A DNA stretch of 64,000 nt from Candidatus Sericytochromatia bacterium (GTDB lineage Bacteria; Cyanobacteriota; Sericytochromatia; UBA7694). The stretch's first letter is position 1, and each line of letters begins with the position of its first letter. Position numbers and translations under genes: made by a program. A model generated the notes under the pieces. The model did not search any database and was not told the origin of the DNA. It saw only the letters and a list, made by a program, of their open reading frames with translations. Location of the stretch: positions 4,328 to 68,327 of the forward strand of contig JBBKWI010000024.1 of NCBI GenBank assembly GCA_037968875.1. Reading direction: 5' to 3'. Of this stretch, positions 19,841-30,353 are shown in pieces.

Positions 19841-20421
19841 TGCAACGAGCGCTCTGGCTCAGCATTTGTCTCTGGTTCAGTCTCAGCACTGGCGCACTGG
19901 CCTATCAGGTTCAGGTGCGTCAGGCTCAGGTGAGCCTGCGCTCGCAAGCTGATGCCCGTCAGGGCAAAGCCCTCCAGCGTATCAAAGCCCAAACAGCCCA
20001 ATTACTTACAACCAGTCGCGCCAGTGATGGTGAGCTTTGGTGTTATATTCGGCCCCAACAAGGATCCCCGGGTTGGTTACCGGCACGTTTTGTAGACCCT
20101 CTGCTAAGCCAAAACAAGCCCTTGCGCCTGGCTGAACTGCCGGCTGAACTGGTCTTTGCTCACGCCCAACACCAGTTGATCTATCAGCAAAACCTGAAAG
20201 ATCCCCGGCTCAAAAGCCAATTACAAAAATCTTTGCTCGAAATGGAACTGGCTCTGGTCAAACAGAGTTGGGAAGCAGCGCGACAGCGGCGCAGCTTTTT
20301 GGATATTTCACGTCGCATTGGCGTTCAGATTTCCAATAACGAGTACAAAAACTTACAACAGCAAGAACACAATCTGGAGCAGCAATACCAACGCGTTCTG
20401 GCTTCCTGGCTGCATTTATAA
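19840..20421 (+). CDS. Secreted hypothetical protein, translationally coupled to infB (TAATG)
   Basis: Signal peptide MQRALWLSICLWFSLSTGALA. No recognisable domain. Confidence 0.4.
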   Translation: MQRALWLSICLWFSLSTGALAYQVQVRQAQVSLRSQADARQGKALQRIKAQTAQLLTTSRASDGELWCYIRPQQGSPGWLPARFVDPLLSQNKPLRLAELPAELVFAHAQHQLIYQQNLKDPRLKSQLQKSLLEMELALVKQSWEAARQRRSFLDISRRIGVQISNNEYKNLQQQEHNLEQQYQRVLASWLHL

Positions 20422-20426
20422 CCCCT

Positions 20427-21359
20427 GTGAACGAAAATCAGATCATTGGACGGGCCCAGGCCTTCCCCCGTTTTCACTCAGCGCATCAGCTCGGCATTGA
20501 AGACGATACTGCTTTACTACAAGCCGAACCCGGTCAAACCCTGGCCTGGGCCGTTGACACCCTGGTCGAAGGTACTCATTTTTTACGTCAAATGCCCCCC
20601 TTTGAGATCGGCTGGAAATCTCTGGCCGTCAATCTCAGCGATCTGGCCGCCATGAATGCCCAGCCCCGCGCTTGCCTACTCAGTCTGAGCTTGCCCCCCG
20701 ATCTTGAGCCTGAATGGCTGGCGCTATACTTTGACGGTTTGGAAGCCTGTTGCCGTAGCTACCAGGTTGATTTACTCGGTGGCGATACGGTGCGGCAGTC
20801 CACAGGCATCAATCTATCACTCTCGGTACTCGGTAACAGCACCCGCCCGATTCGCCGACGGGGCGCTGAGGCTGGTGACTATTTGATCTTGACTGGCCCC
20901 ATGGGAGGCGCTGCCGCTGGTTTGCACTGCTTTCAAGAGCAATTAGCAATGCCAGAGCTGTTAGCGCGACATTGGCACCCGCTGCCGCGCTTTGACGCCT
21001 TGCCAGCCATTACTCAGGCCAGCCAGCGACTAAGCATGCTGGATACCAGCGATGGCTTATTGCGCTCAGTCGCTTTGTTATGCGAACTCAATCAATTGGG
21101 TTGCGAACTGATTTATGACCAGATCCCGGCGTTTGAAAGCTGGCCCGGACTCAGTGAAACCCAAAGACAGGACTGGGTCTTAAATGGAGGCGAAGATTAT
21201 GAGCTTTTATTTACACTACCCGCTGCTGATTTCAGCCGTTTACCTGCTAGCGGTTTCTTTTGTATTGGTCAGCTTTGCACTGAACCCAGTCAAAGCCTGA
21301 TAATCGCAGGACAAGCCCACCCCCTGAGTCAATTTGCAGGAGGCTTTGAACACTTTTGA
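20427..21359 (+). CDS. thiL: Thiamine-monophosphate kinase
   Basis: AIR-synthase-related fold. DDTALL…EGTHF and GGDT motifs. Confidence 0.8.
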   Translation: MNENQIIGRAQAFPRFHSAHQLGIEDDTALLQAEPGQTLAWAVDTLVEGTHFLRQMPPFEIGWKSLAVNLSDLAAMNAQPRACLLSLSLPPDLEPEWLALYFDGLEACCRSYQVDLLGGDTVRQSTGINLSLSVLGNSTRPIRRRGAEAGDYLILTGPMGGAAAGLHCFQEQLAMPELLARHWHPLPRFDALPAITQASQRLSMLDTSDGLLRSVALLCELNQLGCELIYDQIPAFESWPGLSETQRQDWVLNGGEDYELLFTLPAADFSRLPASGFFCIGQLCTEPSQSLIIAGQAHPLSQFAGGFEHF

Positions 21360-22585
21360 ATGCAGCCATGAAAGCACCTCACACGGCCCTGGGATTAGCG
21401 ATTGTGATCCCCTGCCACCATGAACCCGATATCTTAAGCACCTTGCAATCTCTGGCTGCCTGCACACCCAGTCGCGTAGCCACAGAAGTGATTGTGGTAC
21501 TCAATACCAGCGTCAAACATGGCCCAGAAGTCCAGCAATGCCATCAAGAGCGCTTACAGGACCTGCGTAGCTGGCAAAAGAGCCCAGATCACGTTGCAGC
21601 GCCCTTTGAACTGCTCGTGATCGACGCGCCAGATTTACCCCCCAAACATGCCGGCGTGGGCCTGGCCCGGCGTCTGGGAATGGATCTGGCTGCAGAACGC
21701 TTTGCACACCTGCAAACCAACGGCCTGATCGTGAATCTGGATGCTGACTGTACGGTCGCGACAAACTACTTTACAGCGATCGAACAACATTTCGAGCAAA
21801 ATCCCCACACTCCAGCCGCTTCGATTTATTATGAACACCCCCTGAGCGGCTCCTTGCCGCCAGAGCTTTATACCGGAATTGTCTGGTACGAGCTTTTTTT
21901 GCGCTATTATGTGCATGCGCTGGCTTATGCAGGTCTGCCTTGTGCCTTTCAAACGATTGGTTCAGCCATGGCTGTACGCGCCGATATTTACCGCAAAATG
22001 GGTGGCATGAATCGGCGAAAAGCTGGTGAGGATTTCTATTTTTTGCAAAAAATCATTGAGCGCGGTGATTTTAGCAATCTGACCCGCACCACTGTTTACC
22101 CTTCGCCCAGGCTCTCGGATCGGGTGCCTTTTGGCACCGGCAAAGCGATCGGCGATTGGCTAAACGAACCGGACAGTCTGCGCTTGAGCTATGCCTTACA
22201 AAGCTTCAAGGATCTCAGAAAAATGAGCCAACAGGTACCTGCGCTCTACCCATTAAATTCAGCGGGACTTGAAGCGATCCGTCAGCAGTTCTCCCCTGTA
22301 TTGTCTGAGTGGCTCGCAGCCGAAGGCTGGAATACAAAAATGGCTGAGATCCAGGCCAATACCACCGGGCAGGTCGCCTTTCAAAAGCGCTTTTATCAGT
22401 GGTTTAATGGTTTTAAAGCGATGAAATGCGTGCATGCCTTACGGGATCAGGCTTATGGCGAGCAGCCTTTGTGCAACGAAGCCCGAGAATTGCTGCTAAT
22501 TGAAGGGCATCTTGTGCCAGCTGAAGCCAGTCCTGTGGATCTCTTGCAGATCTACCGCCAGATTGATCAAGCACAAGTCAATTAG
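21356..22585 (+). CDS. Family-2 glycosyltransferase
   Basis: GT-A fold motifs (LAIVIPCHHEPD, DADC) with a C-terminal extension. Confidence 0.6.
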   Translation: MNAAMKAPHTALGLAIVIPCHHEPDILSTLQSLAACTPSRVATEVIVVLNTSVKHGPEVQQCHQERLQDLRSWQKSPDHVAAPFELLVIDAPDLPPKHAGVGLARRLGMDLAAERFAHLQTNGLIVNLDADCTVATNYFTAIEQHFEQNPHTPAASIYYEHPLSGSLPPELYTGIVWYELFLRYYVHALAYAGLPCAFQTIGSAMAVRADIYRKMGGMNRRKAGEDFYFLQKIIERGDFSNLTRTTVYPSPRLSDRVPFGTGKAIGDWLNEPDSLRLSYALQSFKDLRKMSQQVPALYPLNSAGLEAIRQQFSPVLSEWLAAEGWNTKMAEIQANTTGQVAFQKRFYQWFNGFKAMKCVHALRDQAYGEQPLCNEARELLLIEGHLVPAEASPVDLLQIYRQIDQAQVN

Positions 22586-22754
22586 CGCCTGCAGATCTGA
22601 AGATCTGCTATTCGGATCAAAATCAGTAAAATATTAAAAAATTTTGCATTTGCCTCAAAGCCTGATGATCAGATCTTTTGCGCCCCATTGAGATGTGTAT
22701 CGCGCACAAATAAGGGATTGCAGCCCAGATCAGATCATGTTATTACACATTACT

Positions 22755-23459
22755 ATGAGTCATTTGTTGTTGGTTGAAGACGATGCCCATATTTCAGACG
22801 GTTTGGTCTTTAATCTGGAGATGGAAGGCTATGAGCTGACCCATGCTCAGGATGGAAACCAGGCCCGCCGTCTCTTATTTGAGTCCCGGATTGCCTACGA
22901 TTTGATCATCTTAGACGTGATGTTACCTGGGCTGAGCGGCTTTGACATCTGTCATGCTTTGCGGCGTAAGCAGATCTACACCCCTGTCTTGATGCTGACC
23001 GCCAAAAATTTTGAGAAAGATAAAATTAAAGGCTTGCGACTGGGAGCTGATGACTACCTGACCAAGCCCTTTAACCTGGAGGAATTACTGACCCGGATTC
23101 AGGTTTTGTTGCGCCGGCAATCCTGGCAGCAACAGGAAGAAGACCTGACCAAACTGTCGTTTAACGGTATTGAGATTGACTTTGTGCGTTTTGAGGTTCG
23201 GGTCCAGGGCGAGGTGATTCATCTGACGCCGCTGGAAATGAAACTGATGCGGGTCTTTGCCGAGAACGAAGGCCGGGTCTTAACACGGGATGACTTGCTA
23301 GAAAAGGTCTGGGACCAGCCCGCTTATGGCAATACCCGTTCGGTCGATAACTTTGTGATGCGCTTGCGCAAGTTTTTCGAAGCAAATCCTGCTCATCCTG
23401 AGCATTTTCACTCGATTCGGGGAGTGGGATACAAATTCACTCAGGAAGCGGAGCATTAA
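22755..23459 (+). CDS. OmpR-family response regulator (start at MSHLLLVEDD)
   Basis: Receiver domain (LIILDVMLPG, K in DYLTKPF) plus a winged-helix Trans_reg_C (GVGYKF). Confidence 0.85.
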   Translation: MSHLLLVEDDAHISDGLVFNLEMEGYELTHAQDGNQARRLLFESRIAYDLIILDVMLPGLSGFDICHALRRKQIYTPVLMLTAKNFEKDKIKGLRLGADDYLTKPFNLEELLTRIQVLLRRQSWQQQEEDLTKLSFNGIEIDFVRFEVRVQGEVIHLTPLEMKLMRVFAENEGRVLTRDDLLEKVWDQPAYGNTRSVDNFVMRLRKFFEANPAHPEHFHSIRGVGYKFTQEAEH

Positions 23460-23588
23460 ATTTGCTGCGATCGTACATTGATCACCAACGATTATCGATC
23501 ATGTGTAATAGAATGAAGTCATCAAGACCAATGATCTTTTAATATTTAGATAACCCATCGATAATTTGCACAGGAGTACGGAAGCAAT

Positions 23589-24299
23589 ATGGTATATGAT
23601 CGCAAGAAGACAGATTTGTCTGCAAAAATTCAGTTTTTACGTCGCGTCCCCATTTTTGGTGGCCTAAACGAGAGCAGCCTCGAACGCGTCGCCTCAATCA
23701 TGATTGAAAAAACTTATTCACGTAAAAGCATCGTCTTTCACGAAGGCGACCACGGAGACAGCCTCTACATTATTAAAGTCGGCCGCATCAAAATTGCTAA
23801 AGTAGCGATCGATGGCCGTGAAAAAACCCTGACAATTTTACAAGCCGGAGATTTCTTTGGCGAAATGGCCATTTTTGACAATCTGCCTCGCTCAGCTACC
23901 GCTGAAGCGATTGACAACGATGTCCGTCTGTTTGGCCTCAACAAAAAAGACTTCGAACGTCTAATCCACGAAAACCCCACGATCGCATTGCGCATCATGA
24001 AAGACCTGACCAGCCGCATTCGCCAAATCAACCAGCAAGTGGAAGACCTGGCCTTCAAAGATGTCCATGGCCGTGTCTCTAGCACCTTGTTTCAATTACT
24101 CGAAACCGAAGAAAAAATCACCGGCCGCAACCTGAGCCGCCTGCGTATGACCCACCAGGACCTGGCCAATATGGTTGGATCTTCACGTGAAACCGTAACC
24201 CGTGCTCTCAATCGCTTGCAAACCGAAGGCATCATTGCTATTTCACACCAACAAATCGAAATTATCGATCGTGAGTATCTCTCAGATACCATTATCTAA
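23589..24299 (+). CDS. Crp/Fnr-family transcriptional regulator
   Basis: cNMP-binding beta-roll (GDFFGEMAIFD…RSATAEA) plus a C-terminal HTH (RETVTRALNRLQTEGII). Confidence 0.85.
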   Translation: MVYDRKKTDLSAKIQFLRRVPIFGGLNESSLERVASIMIEKTYSRKSIVFHEGDHGDSLYIIKVGRIKIAKVAIDGREKTLTILQAGDFFGEMAIFDNLPRSATAEAIDNDVRLFGLNKKDFERLIHENPTIALRIMKDLTSRIRQINQQVEDLAFKDVHGRVSSTLFQLLETEEKITGRNLSRLRMTHQDLANMVGSSRETVTRALNRLQTEGIIAISHQQIEIIDREYLSDTII

Positions 24300-24317
24300 G
24301 TATTAGAAACCGGAAAT

Positions 24318-24352
24318 CTCAGCGGATCAGCATTTATGCTTGATCCGCTTTT
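24318..24352 (+). terminator. Rho-independent terminator after the crp-like gene
   Basis: gcggatca-gcatttatgct-tgatccgc followed by ttttttgtg. Confidence 0.65.
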
Positions 24353-24632
24353 TTGTGCCCGGTTAAGCTGCGACTTGCGTGGGTCGGGTCTATTAGCAAA
24401 AACAGTTGCTGAGTTGGTTGAGCCTCTCTGGCTGGAGCTTGAATGGACTTTGGGCTTGATGCCGTATCAAGTACAGCAATCACGAACGGTTGGAAAGAGC
24501 TTGCCTGGTGGAGCCCGATGCTATAATGGCTTCAAGTGTAAGCAGATAGGGATGCATCTCTCGAAATGATTACCATGGGCTAATCCCGTACTTGATTGAT
24601 GCGGGAATCAGCATTACCTCAGGGAGCCCTTT

Positions 24633-25076
24633 ATGAAAAAAACAGCCTATTACTTATTCAGTCTGGCACTGATCTTAAGTCCATCTAGTGCCTGGGCCGG
24701 TGGAGGCTATGGAACTCCCGTCAAGGTTAGCGCTTATCAAACCCGTGACAGCATCAGCGAGATTGTACTAGAAGCCCTGAGCAGCACCTCCATTGAAGGC
24801 AAAAAATGCAAGCGCATCACGCTTCAGGTCGAATACAGCCGGGTGCCCTGGTATAGCTTTGTACCTTTGATGGGCTCTGCTCACCCAAGCTATGCCGAAA
24901 CCCAAACGGCGCTTGCTTATTTGCAAAAATCTCAGCAAAACAAACAAAGTCTTCTCTTTCTCTCTATGAGCGGGTTGGCGACGACGGCTAACGCCTGTCG
25001 CTTTGTCAGTAAAGGCTTACGCTTGCAGACACAAGCTGCTGACAATCTGATCAGCAGCTATTACTATCGGCTATAA
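24633..25076 (+). CDS. Secreted hypothetical protein
   Basis: Signal peptide MKKTAYYLFSLALILSPSSAWA. Confidence 0.4.
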   Translation: MKKTAYYLFSLALILSPSSAWAGGGYGTPVKVSAYQTRDSISEIVLEALSSTSIEGKKCKRITLQVEYSRVPWYSFVPLMGSAHPSYAETQTALAYLQKSQQNKQSLLFLSMSGLATTANACRFVSKGLRLQTQAADNLISSYYYRL

Positions 25077-25135
25077 AAATGCCTGACGAGCCCATTCACT
25101 GGCTCACAGGCCCTGATTTGGTTTAAACTGAAACC

Positions 25136-25441
25136 ATGAAAAACCTACGCAAAAAGAACCCTTTGTATCAACAGTTCAAAGACCAGACTCAAAAGCCCGC
25201 GAGTGCCTGGCTGGAGCGAGATCTCAATGCCCGCCTGGATTTGTGTATTCAGTACTTGCTCTTGCCTGTGATCCAAAAAAGCAAACCGATCAGCCCCGAA
25301 ATGATGCAGGCGATGATGCCTGCTGCAGTGGATCTGGAACGTCAGGCCAGCACATTGGCACAAGAGAGCCCGGCCAGTTTCAAAAGTATTCATGATCTAC
25401 TTGAGCAGGTCACCGCCCTGTTTTTGATGCCTGAAGCATGA
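25136..25441 (+). CDS. Small hypothetical protein, first of two coupled small ORFs upstream of the giant NTPase-kinase
   Basis: ATGA overlap with the next ORF. No known domain. Confidence 0.35.
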   Translation: MKNLRKKNPLYQQFKDQTQKPASAWLERDLNARLDLCIQYLLLPVIQKSKPISPEMMQAMMPAAVDLERQASTLAQESPASFKSIHDLLEQVTALFLMPEA

Positions 25442-25779
25442 GTACAGCATCTGATGAAAGCTTTTTAGAGGATCTAACACAAGAACAATTGCGCAAACAA
25501 TTGCAGCAGGCCGAAAATGAAGGCCTCAGCGCAGCGGAACGGGACGCACGCCTGGAGCAGCAGAGCTTTATTCTGAGCCTGAAGCTCTTATTCAATCATT
25601 ACGATGGCATCTTACCCGAAGGCGAAGCGATGCCCCTCTGTCTGGCTCATTTGACTCAGATTAATGCAGCAGAAAGCCAGCAAATACTGTCAGGATTTAT
25701 CCGCAGAGGGTGGCTCGATCGTGATTATGCACTCTCTGAGCAGGGGCAATGGCTTTTACAAGATTTGGATCTGCCATAA
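25438..25779 (+). CDS. Small hypothetical protein (possible winged-helix C-terminus)
   Basis: Coupled to the upstream ORF. 69 bp upstream of the 1355-aa gene. Confidence 0.35.
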   Translation: MSTASDESFLEDLTQEQLRKQLQQAENEGLSAAERDARLEQQSFILSLKLLFNHYDGILPEGEAMPLCLAHLTQINAAESQQILSGFIRRGWLDRDYALSEQGQWLLQDLDLP

Positions 25780-25847
25780 GCATCTCGTTCTGTTTCAAGC
25801 ACACAAGTTTGCTATGCTTACAATGAGCCTTATGCAGGAAACACGAT

Positions 25848-28800
25848 ATGAACAGCCAGCTTCATTGTGAGCAAATAGTCGCCTTTCAACAACAACTCCA
25901 AAACAGCGAGCAATCCCTGATTTTATTAGAAGGGACTCCGGGTATAGGCAAAACCCACCTGATCCAGCATCAACTACACAGTTTGACGCATACTTCAGGC
26001 AAATTTATCATTGACAAACAAACCCTTCAACCCTATAGCTCTCTCATTCAAGCAATGCGAAAAGTCTTGTGCCGCTTGATTTTACTGCCAGAAACTGAGT
26101 TTAGAGCCTGGTGCAAATATCTACAACAGGATACGCTTTTCCCCCAACTGAAGTCAGCTTTACCCGAAATTGTTAGCTTTGAAGTTACGCATTTGGGCCA
26201 AAGTTCAAGTGAAGCCCCACTTAACCTGACGCGCTCTTTTGAAATTGCCTTTATTCAATTGTGGGAAGCCCTCGCCCGCTCCCCCTATCCCACCATTAAA
26301 ATCGTCTGGTTAGATGACGTTCAATGGATCGACAGCGCCTCGCTCGCACTGCTTGAAAAACTACTTCAGAAAAAGTTACCTTTAAAATGGATCTTTAGTG
26401 GTCGCCAGCTGGCTTCATTAGCAGGATTATTAAATCGCCTGAACGATAAGCCTGAGGTCATTTCACTTAGCCCTTTATCCAAAACTGAAGTCCACATCTT
26501 TCTTCAGGAGAACCTGAAAAGTAGCGCCCAGCAAACCTTACAAATAACAGAACTATTTTTCACCCTGAGTCAGGGTTCTCCCCTGGCGCTTTCGCTGAGT
26601 TTGAAAGCCTTACTTGCCGAGCAGAAAATAGTCCAGCAGGGGGAGTGGATTTATACAGGACAACTGACAGAAGAAGTCTTAAGCCAAAACAGTGGCTGGC
26701 ATGAGCTGATGCAGTCTCAGTGGCAGCAACTTTCAAGGTCTGTGCAGGCGCTTTTACAGCAGGCGGCTATCTTAGGGGCAAAATTCAGCCCCAAAACCCT
26801 GGCTTACTTGATTCGATCAGAACGCTTTCAAGCCGATTGGGAGCTTTGTTTGGAACAGGGCTTTTTTTCAGAATTAGCCACAGAGTATCAGTTTTATCAT
26901 GATCGTTTGTATGAATGGGTAAAATCAACCTTGAACCCCAGCCAAACGCAAGCGATACAGCTATACACGGCCCAGCAACTTTTGACTTACACAGGGGAGC
27001 AGACCCTTTCTTTGCTAGTGGAACAACTGAATCCCGTGGCTATTCACTTAACTGCCAATGAGCAAAAACAGCGCATTGCCTTTAACCTACAATGGAGCCG
27101 AGAGATGCTACGTCAGGGAACCCACCAGGAGGTCGGAAAACTCCTCGATAGCATAGAGCCTTATCTTTCAGTAACAGACCCTTACTTTATTAATTATCAA
27201 ACCTTACGGGCTTCACAGGCCTATTTAAACGATCAGCTCCAGTCTGCTGAAAGCATTTTAATTACTCTCAAACAAGATTTCTCATCACAAACTATCGAAG
27301 CCCAGTTACTTCTGATCAGGATTTACACTCAGCACAACCGTTATGAAGACGCCGTGATGCTCAGTCTTGACTTATTAAATAAGCTGGGACTATCGATTCA
27401 AACAGATCCGGCGCAAGTCGAAGCGCTCTTCGCTGAAGTCTTTACTAAGCTTGACACAAGCTCAGTCTCCGATCTGATTCGCATGGGTCAATGCGTAAGT
27501 GATTCAGGCTTTGACGCTCAGATGCAGGTCCTCTCGATAGCCGCCCCCGCGCTTTTCAATTACAGTCCTGAACTGTTTGGAATTTGTATTGCACATGCTT
27601 TAGACAAAATCTTGCAGGAGCAGGGCGCTCAAAGTGCCCCGACTATTTATATTTCGGGGACTGTTCTCGCTATCCAGACTGGCAATTTAAAACTAGCTGC
27701 TAAACTGGCCCAGGCTGCCGAGATGCTAGCCAAAGAACGCCATCAAGACAGTGAACTCGCCTTTGTCTATTGTATTATGGGTGACTTTGTGATGCCCTGG
27801 ACCCAAAGCTATCTTCAGGCACGCCAGTACTTCCGTCTGGCCTGGAACCATGCCTTGCGTTCGGGCAATTTACAATTTATGGGCTACACGGCTGTTTTTC
27901 GAGGGGCCAATTTGTTTGTCAGCGCTTATCCACTCAAGGACCTGAGCCAAAATATTTTGCCTGAATTGATCGCCTTTAACGAACGCACCCAAAACTACTC
28001 ACCTCTTGATGGACTCAATAGCTATTTTCTGCTCAGTCAAAAACTAATCGATCCTGACTTCGATTCCGCCAGAGAAACTATTTTTGTGCAGGATCTGATC
28101 ACACGCAATAGTCTAGCCGATCTCTCGCGGTTCCATACCTTTAATGCCTTTGTTCAGCTTATTTTTGGTAACGAAGAATTGGCCCTGGAATCGCTGGAGC
28201 AATCCGAGCTCTTTCTGTACCTGCCCGCTTCGATTGTGCGCAGCTGGTATATCTTACTCAGGGATCTGCTGAGCTGGCGCCTGCAACGCTCACCCGAGTG
28301 TCTGCCACAAGACGTACTCCCTTTTGATTTAGAAACCCTGGCCCAAATCAACCCGGCCAACTTTGCGACCCTCTACTCACTCTGGAAAGCCGAAAACCCG
28401 GCTCACGCGGCTGAAAAGATGCAGTCTTACCACCAGGCACTCGAAAGCGCCCGCACACACCAACTCTGGCATTGGGAAGGCTTTATTTTAGAGTCTATCG
28501 CGCAGATGCATCTCCGGCAAGGCCTTCCTATTCTGGCCCAGCAGTCTTTACTCGAAAGTCTAGCGGCTTACGAAACATGGGGAGCCCAGGCAAAAGTGGC
28601 CCAGCTGCTGCCTCAACTCACACCGCATTATCTGCAAAAACACCAATCTCGTCAGGCCATTAGTTCACACCAAATGCTCGATTTTCTCACGATTACTGCT
28701 GATTTTGCGCGTAAGCATTCGGCTCAGGACATACAAAGCCAAATCTTGAGTCAGTTGAGAAAATACACACAAGCAGAGTACGCACAACTCTTACTTAAGT

Positions 28801-29915
28801 CTGCTGGACAACAGCATTGGCAAAGCGCCAGTATAGATCCTCTGACTTCTACCCAGGCTTTGCCCTCGACACTGTTACTCAACTATGTTGAGCGAACGCA
28901 CCAGGCCATCCGTTTCCCTGAGCAACAAGAAATTTTTAATATTTCGCATCTGGAGCTGCCGCTGGGTAGTCATGTTTTATTGCCACTTGTTTTTCAGCAG
29001 GACCTGGTCGGTATTATCTACTTTTTTCATCCAGCACAGGACCATTATTTTGAACTGCGTCATGATCTGGTGCTCAACGCTCTAGGGGGCTATATCGCCG
29101 GTGCCCTACATAATTTACAAAGCTATCAGAACCTTGAAGAAACCATCGCCCTGCGAACTCGCGATCTCAAAGCAGCCAACACCCAGTTAGGTGCTTTGCT
29201 CGATGAGCGTCAACATGTCTTATCGATGGCTGCTCATGATCTCAAGCACCCGCTGGGAACATTGAAACTGGGACTATCGATGCTTGAACAATTGGGGGAC
29301 TCACTCTCCCCAGCCAATAAATCGGATGCCTTCGCCAGCTTGTTCCATACCCTTGACGATATGAATCACAATACTGAACGCCTCTTGATTACCGAGCAAC
29401 TGCGTTCGCAAGCGCTCGCTCCACAGTGGCAAGTCTTAACGATTGAAGAACTGCTAGCTTCTCTGCAAAGCTATCAATGGAAAGTCAGCCAAAAACAACA
29501 AAAACTGGTTGTGGAGCATGACTTGGATCTCGAGCAAACTCTGGAAACAGATCCGTCCTTGCTAAAAACCATTCTTGAAAACCTGCTGGACAATGCGATT
29601 AAGTTTTCTCCTTTTGAGTCAACAATTCGCTTAAAAATGGTGATTGAAGCAACGGACTTACAAGTTTATGTCAGTGATCAGGGACCCGGTATCAGCGCAG
29701 CAGATCAACCTCAACTATTTAAAAAATTCTCTCGCCTGTCGGCACGCCCAACGGCAGGAGAAAGCTCGAACGGACTGGGGTTGTTTATCGTGCAACAGTT
29801 TGCAAGTTCTCTCAAGGGCTCGATCACACTTGAAAAATCAGCTCAGGGAGCTTGTTTCAAACTCAGCATCCCGAAAGCTCCCAAAGCTCACACAAAGCTC
29901 TCAAGATCGTCTTAA
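25848..29915 (+). CDS. Multidomain sensor: N-terminal STAND/AAA NTPase + helical/TPR-like region + GAF-like + HisKA + HATPase_c histidine kinase
   Basis: Walker A LLEGTPGIGKTHL, Walker B IVWLDDVQWID, H-box AAHDLKHPLGT, N-box LLDNAIKFS, and the G-boxes DQGPGI and GLGLFIV. Confidence 0.85.
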   Translation: MNSQLHCEQIVAFQQQLQNSEQSLILLEGTPGIGKTHLIQHQLHSLTHTSGKFIIDKQTLQPYSSLIQAMRKVLCRLILLPETEFRAWCKYLQQDTLFPQLKSALPEIVSFEVTHLGQSSSEAPLNLTRSFEIAFIQLWEALARSPYPTIKIVWLDDVQWIDSASLALLEKLLQKKLPLKWIFSGRQLASLAGLLNRLNDKPEVISLSPLSKTEVHIFLQENLKSSAQQTLQITELFFTLSQGSPLALSLSLKALLAEQKIVQQGEWIYTGQLTEEVLSQNSGWHELMQSQWQQLSRSVQALLQQAAILGAKFSPKTLAYLIRSERFQADWELCLEQGFFSELATEYQFYHDRLYEWVKSTLNPSQTQAIQLYTAQQLLTYTGEQTLSLLVEQLNPVAIHLTANEQKQRIAFNLQWSREMLRQGTHQEVGKLLDSIEPYLSVTDPYFINYQTLRASQAYLNDQLQSAESILITLKQDFSSQTIEAQLLLIRIYTQHNRYEDAVMLSLDLLNKLGLSIQTDPAQVEALFAEVFTKLDTSSVSDLIRMGQCVSDSGFDAQMQVLSIAAPALFNYSPELFGICIAHALDKILQEQGAQSAPTIYISGTVLAIQTGNLKLAAKLAQAAEMLAKERHQDSELAFVYCIMGDFVMPWTQSYLQARQYFRLAWNHALRSGNLQFMGYTAVFRGANLFVSAYPLKDLSQNILPELIAFNERTQNYSPLDGLNSYFLLSQKLIDPDFDSARETIFVQDLITRNSLADLSRFHTFNAFVQLIFGNEELALESLEQSELFLYLPASIVRSWYILLRDLLSWRLQRSPECLPQDVLPFDLETLAQINPANFATLYSLWKAENPAHAAEKMQSYHQALESARTHQLWHWEGFILESIAQMHLRQGLPILAQQSLLESLAAYETWGAQAKVAQLLPQLTPHYLQKHQSRQAISSHQMLDFLTITADFARKHSAQDIQSQILSQLRKYTQAEYAQLLLKSAGQQHWQSASIDPLTSTQALPSTLLLNYVERTHQAIRFPEQQEIFNISHLELPLGSHVLLPLVFQQDLVGIIYFFHPAQDHYFELRHDLVLNALGGYIAGALHNLQSYQNLEETIALRTRDLKAANTQLGALLDERQHVLSMAAHDLKHPLGTLKLGLSMLEQLGDSLSPANKSDAFASLFHTLDDMNHNTERLLITEQLRSQALAPQWQVLTIEELLASLQSYQWKVSQKQQKLVVEHDLDLEQTLETDPSLLKTILENLLDNAIKFSPFESTIRLKMVIEATDLQVYVSDQGPGISAADQPQLFKKFSRLSARPTAGESSNGLGLFIVQQFASSLKGSITLEKSAQGACFKLSIPKAPKAHTKLSRSS

Positions 29916-29975
29916 TCTAGCCCTTAGGCAGTGCTTTTGCTTGGGGTTTAGCCACGCATTCTCTAGAATAATAAT

Positions 29976-30353
29976 ATGTTAACTATAGAGAAAAATAACC
30001 ACTCCACGACGTCTAAGCCACGACCCACTCCTGCAAGTAATCTGAGTTCGAACGCTTATGATCGGATGCGCTGGCAAGCGAAACAACTTGCCCAGTCCAG
30101 ATTAATCGCCCTACCTGAAGCCCAGCGTATATTATTAATTTTTGCTGAACCCCAAGAGTTGATTACAGCAACCTATGCCTGCCTTGAAAAGGGCCATACA
30201 GGCATTGCTTATCGCTTTAAAGCCGGTCAACAACAGGCTTTACTCAAGGACATACAAAAACACCAAATCCAGAAGATCTGGTGTCCTCCCGCCTTCAAGC
30301 AAGAGTTTCAAAAGATCTTATCAGGAACAGCCTACGCGCATTTATTGCTCTGA
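29976..30353 (+). CDS. Hypothetical protein
   Basis: ORF only. Convergent with the downstream RR gene, with an 11-bp overlap of the stops. Confidence 0.3.
   Translation: MLTIEKNNHSTTSKPRPTPASNLSSNAYDRMRWQAKQLAQSRLIALPEAQRILLIFAEPQELITATYACLEKGHTGIAYRFKAGQQQALLKDIQKHQIQKIWCPPAFKQEFQKILSGTAYAHLLL

Noticed and set aside
22591-22608. Hairpin gcagatc-tgaa-gatctgc after the glycosyltransferase gene as a terminator
   Set aside because: No following T-run, so this is a weak call. It may still be a protein-binding palindrome.
24336-24569. 77-aa ORF downstream of crp
   Set aside because: It starts inside the terminator region and overlaps hairpin motif copies. Unlikely to be a gene.
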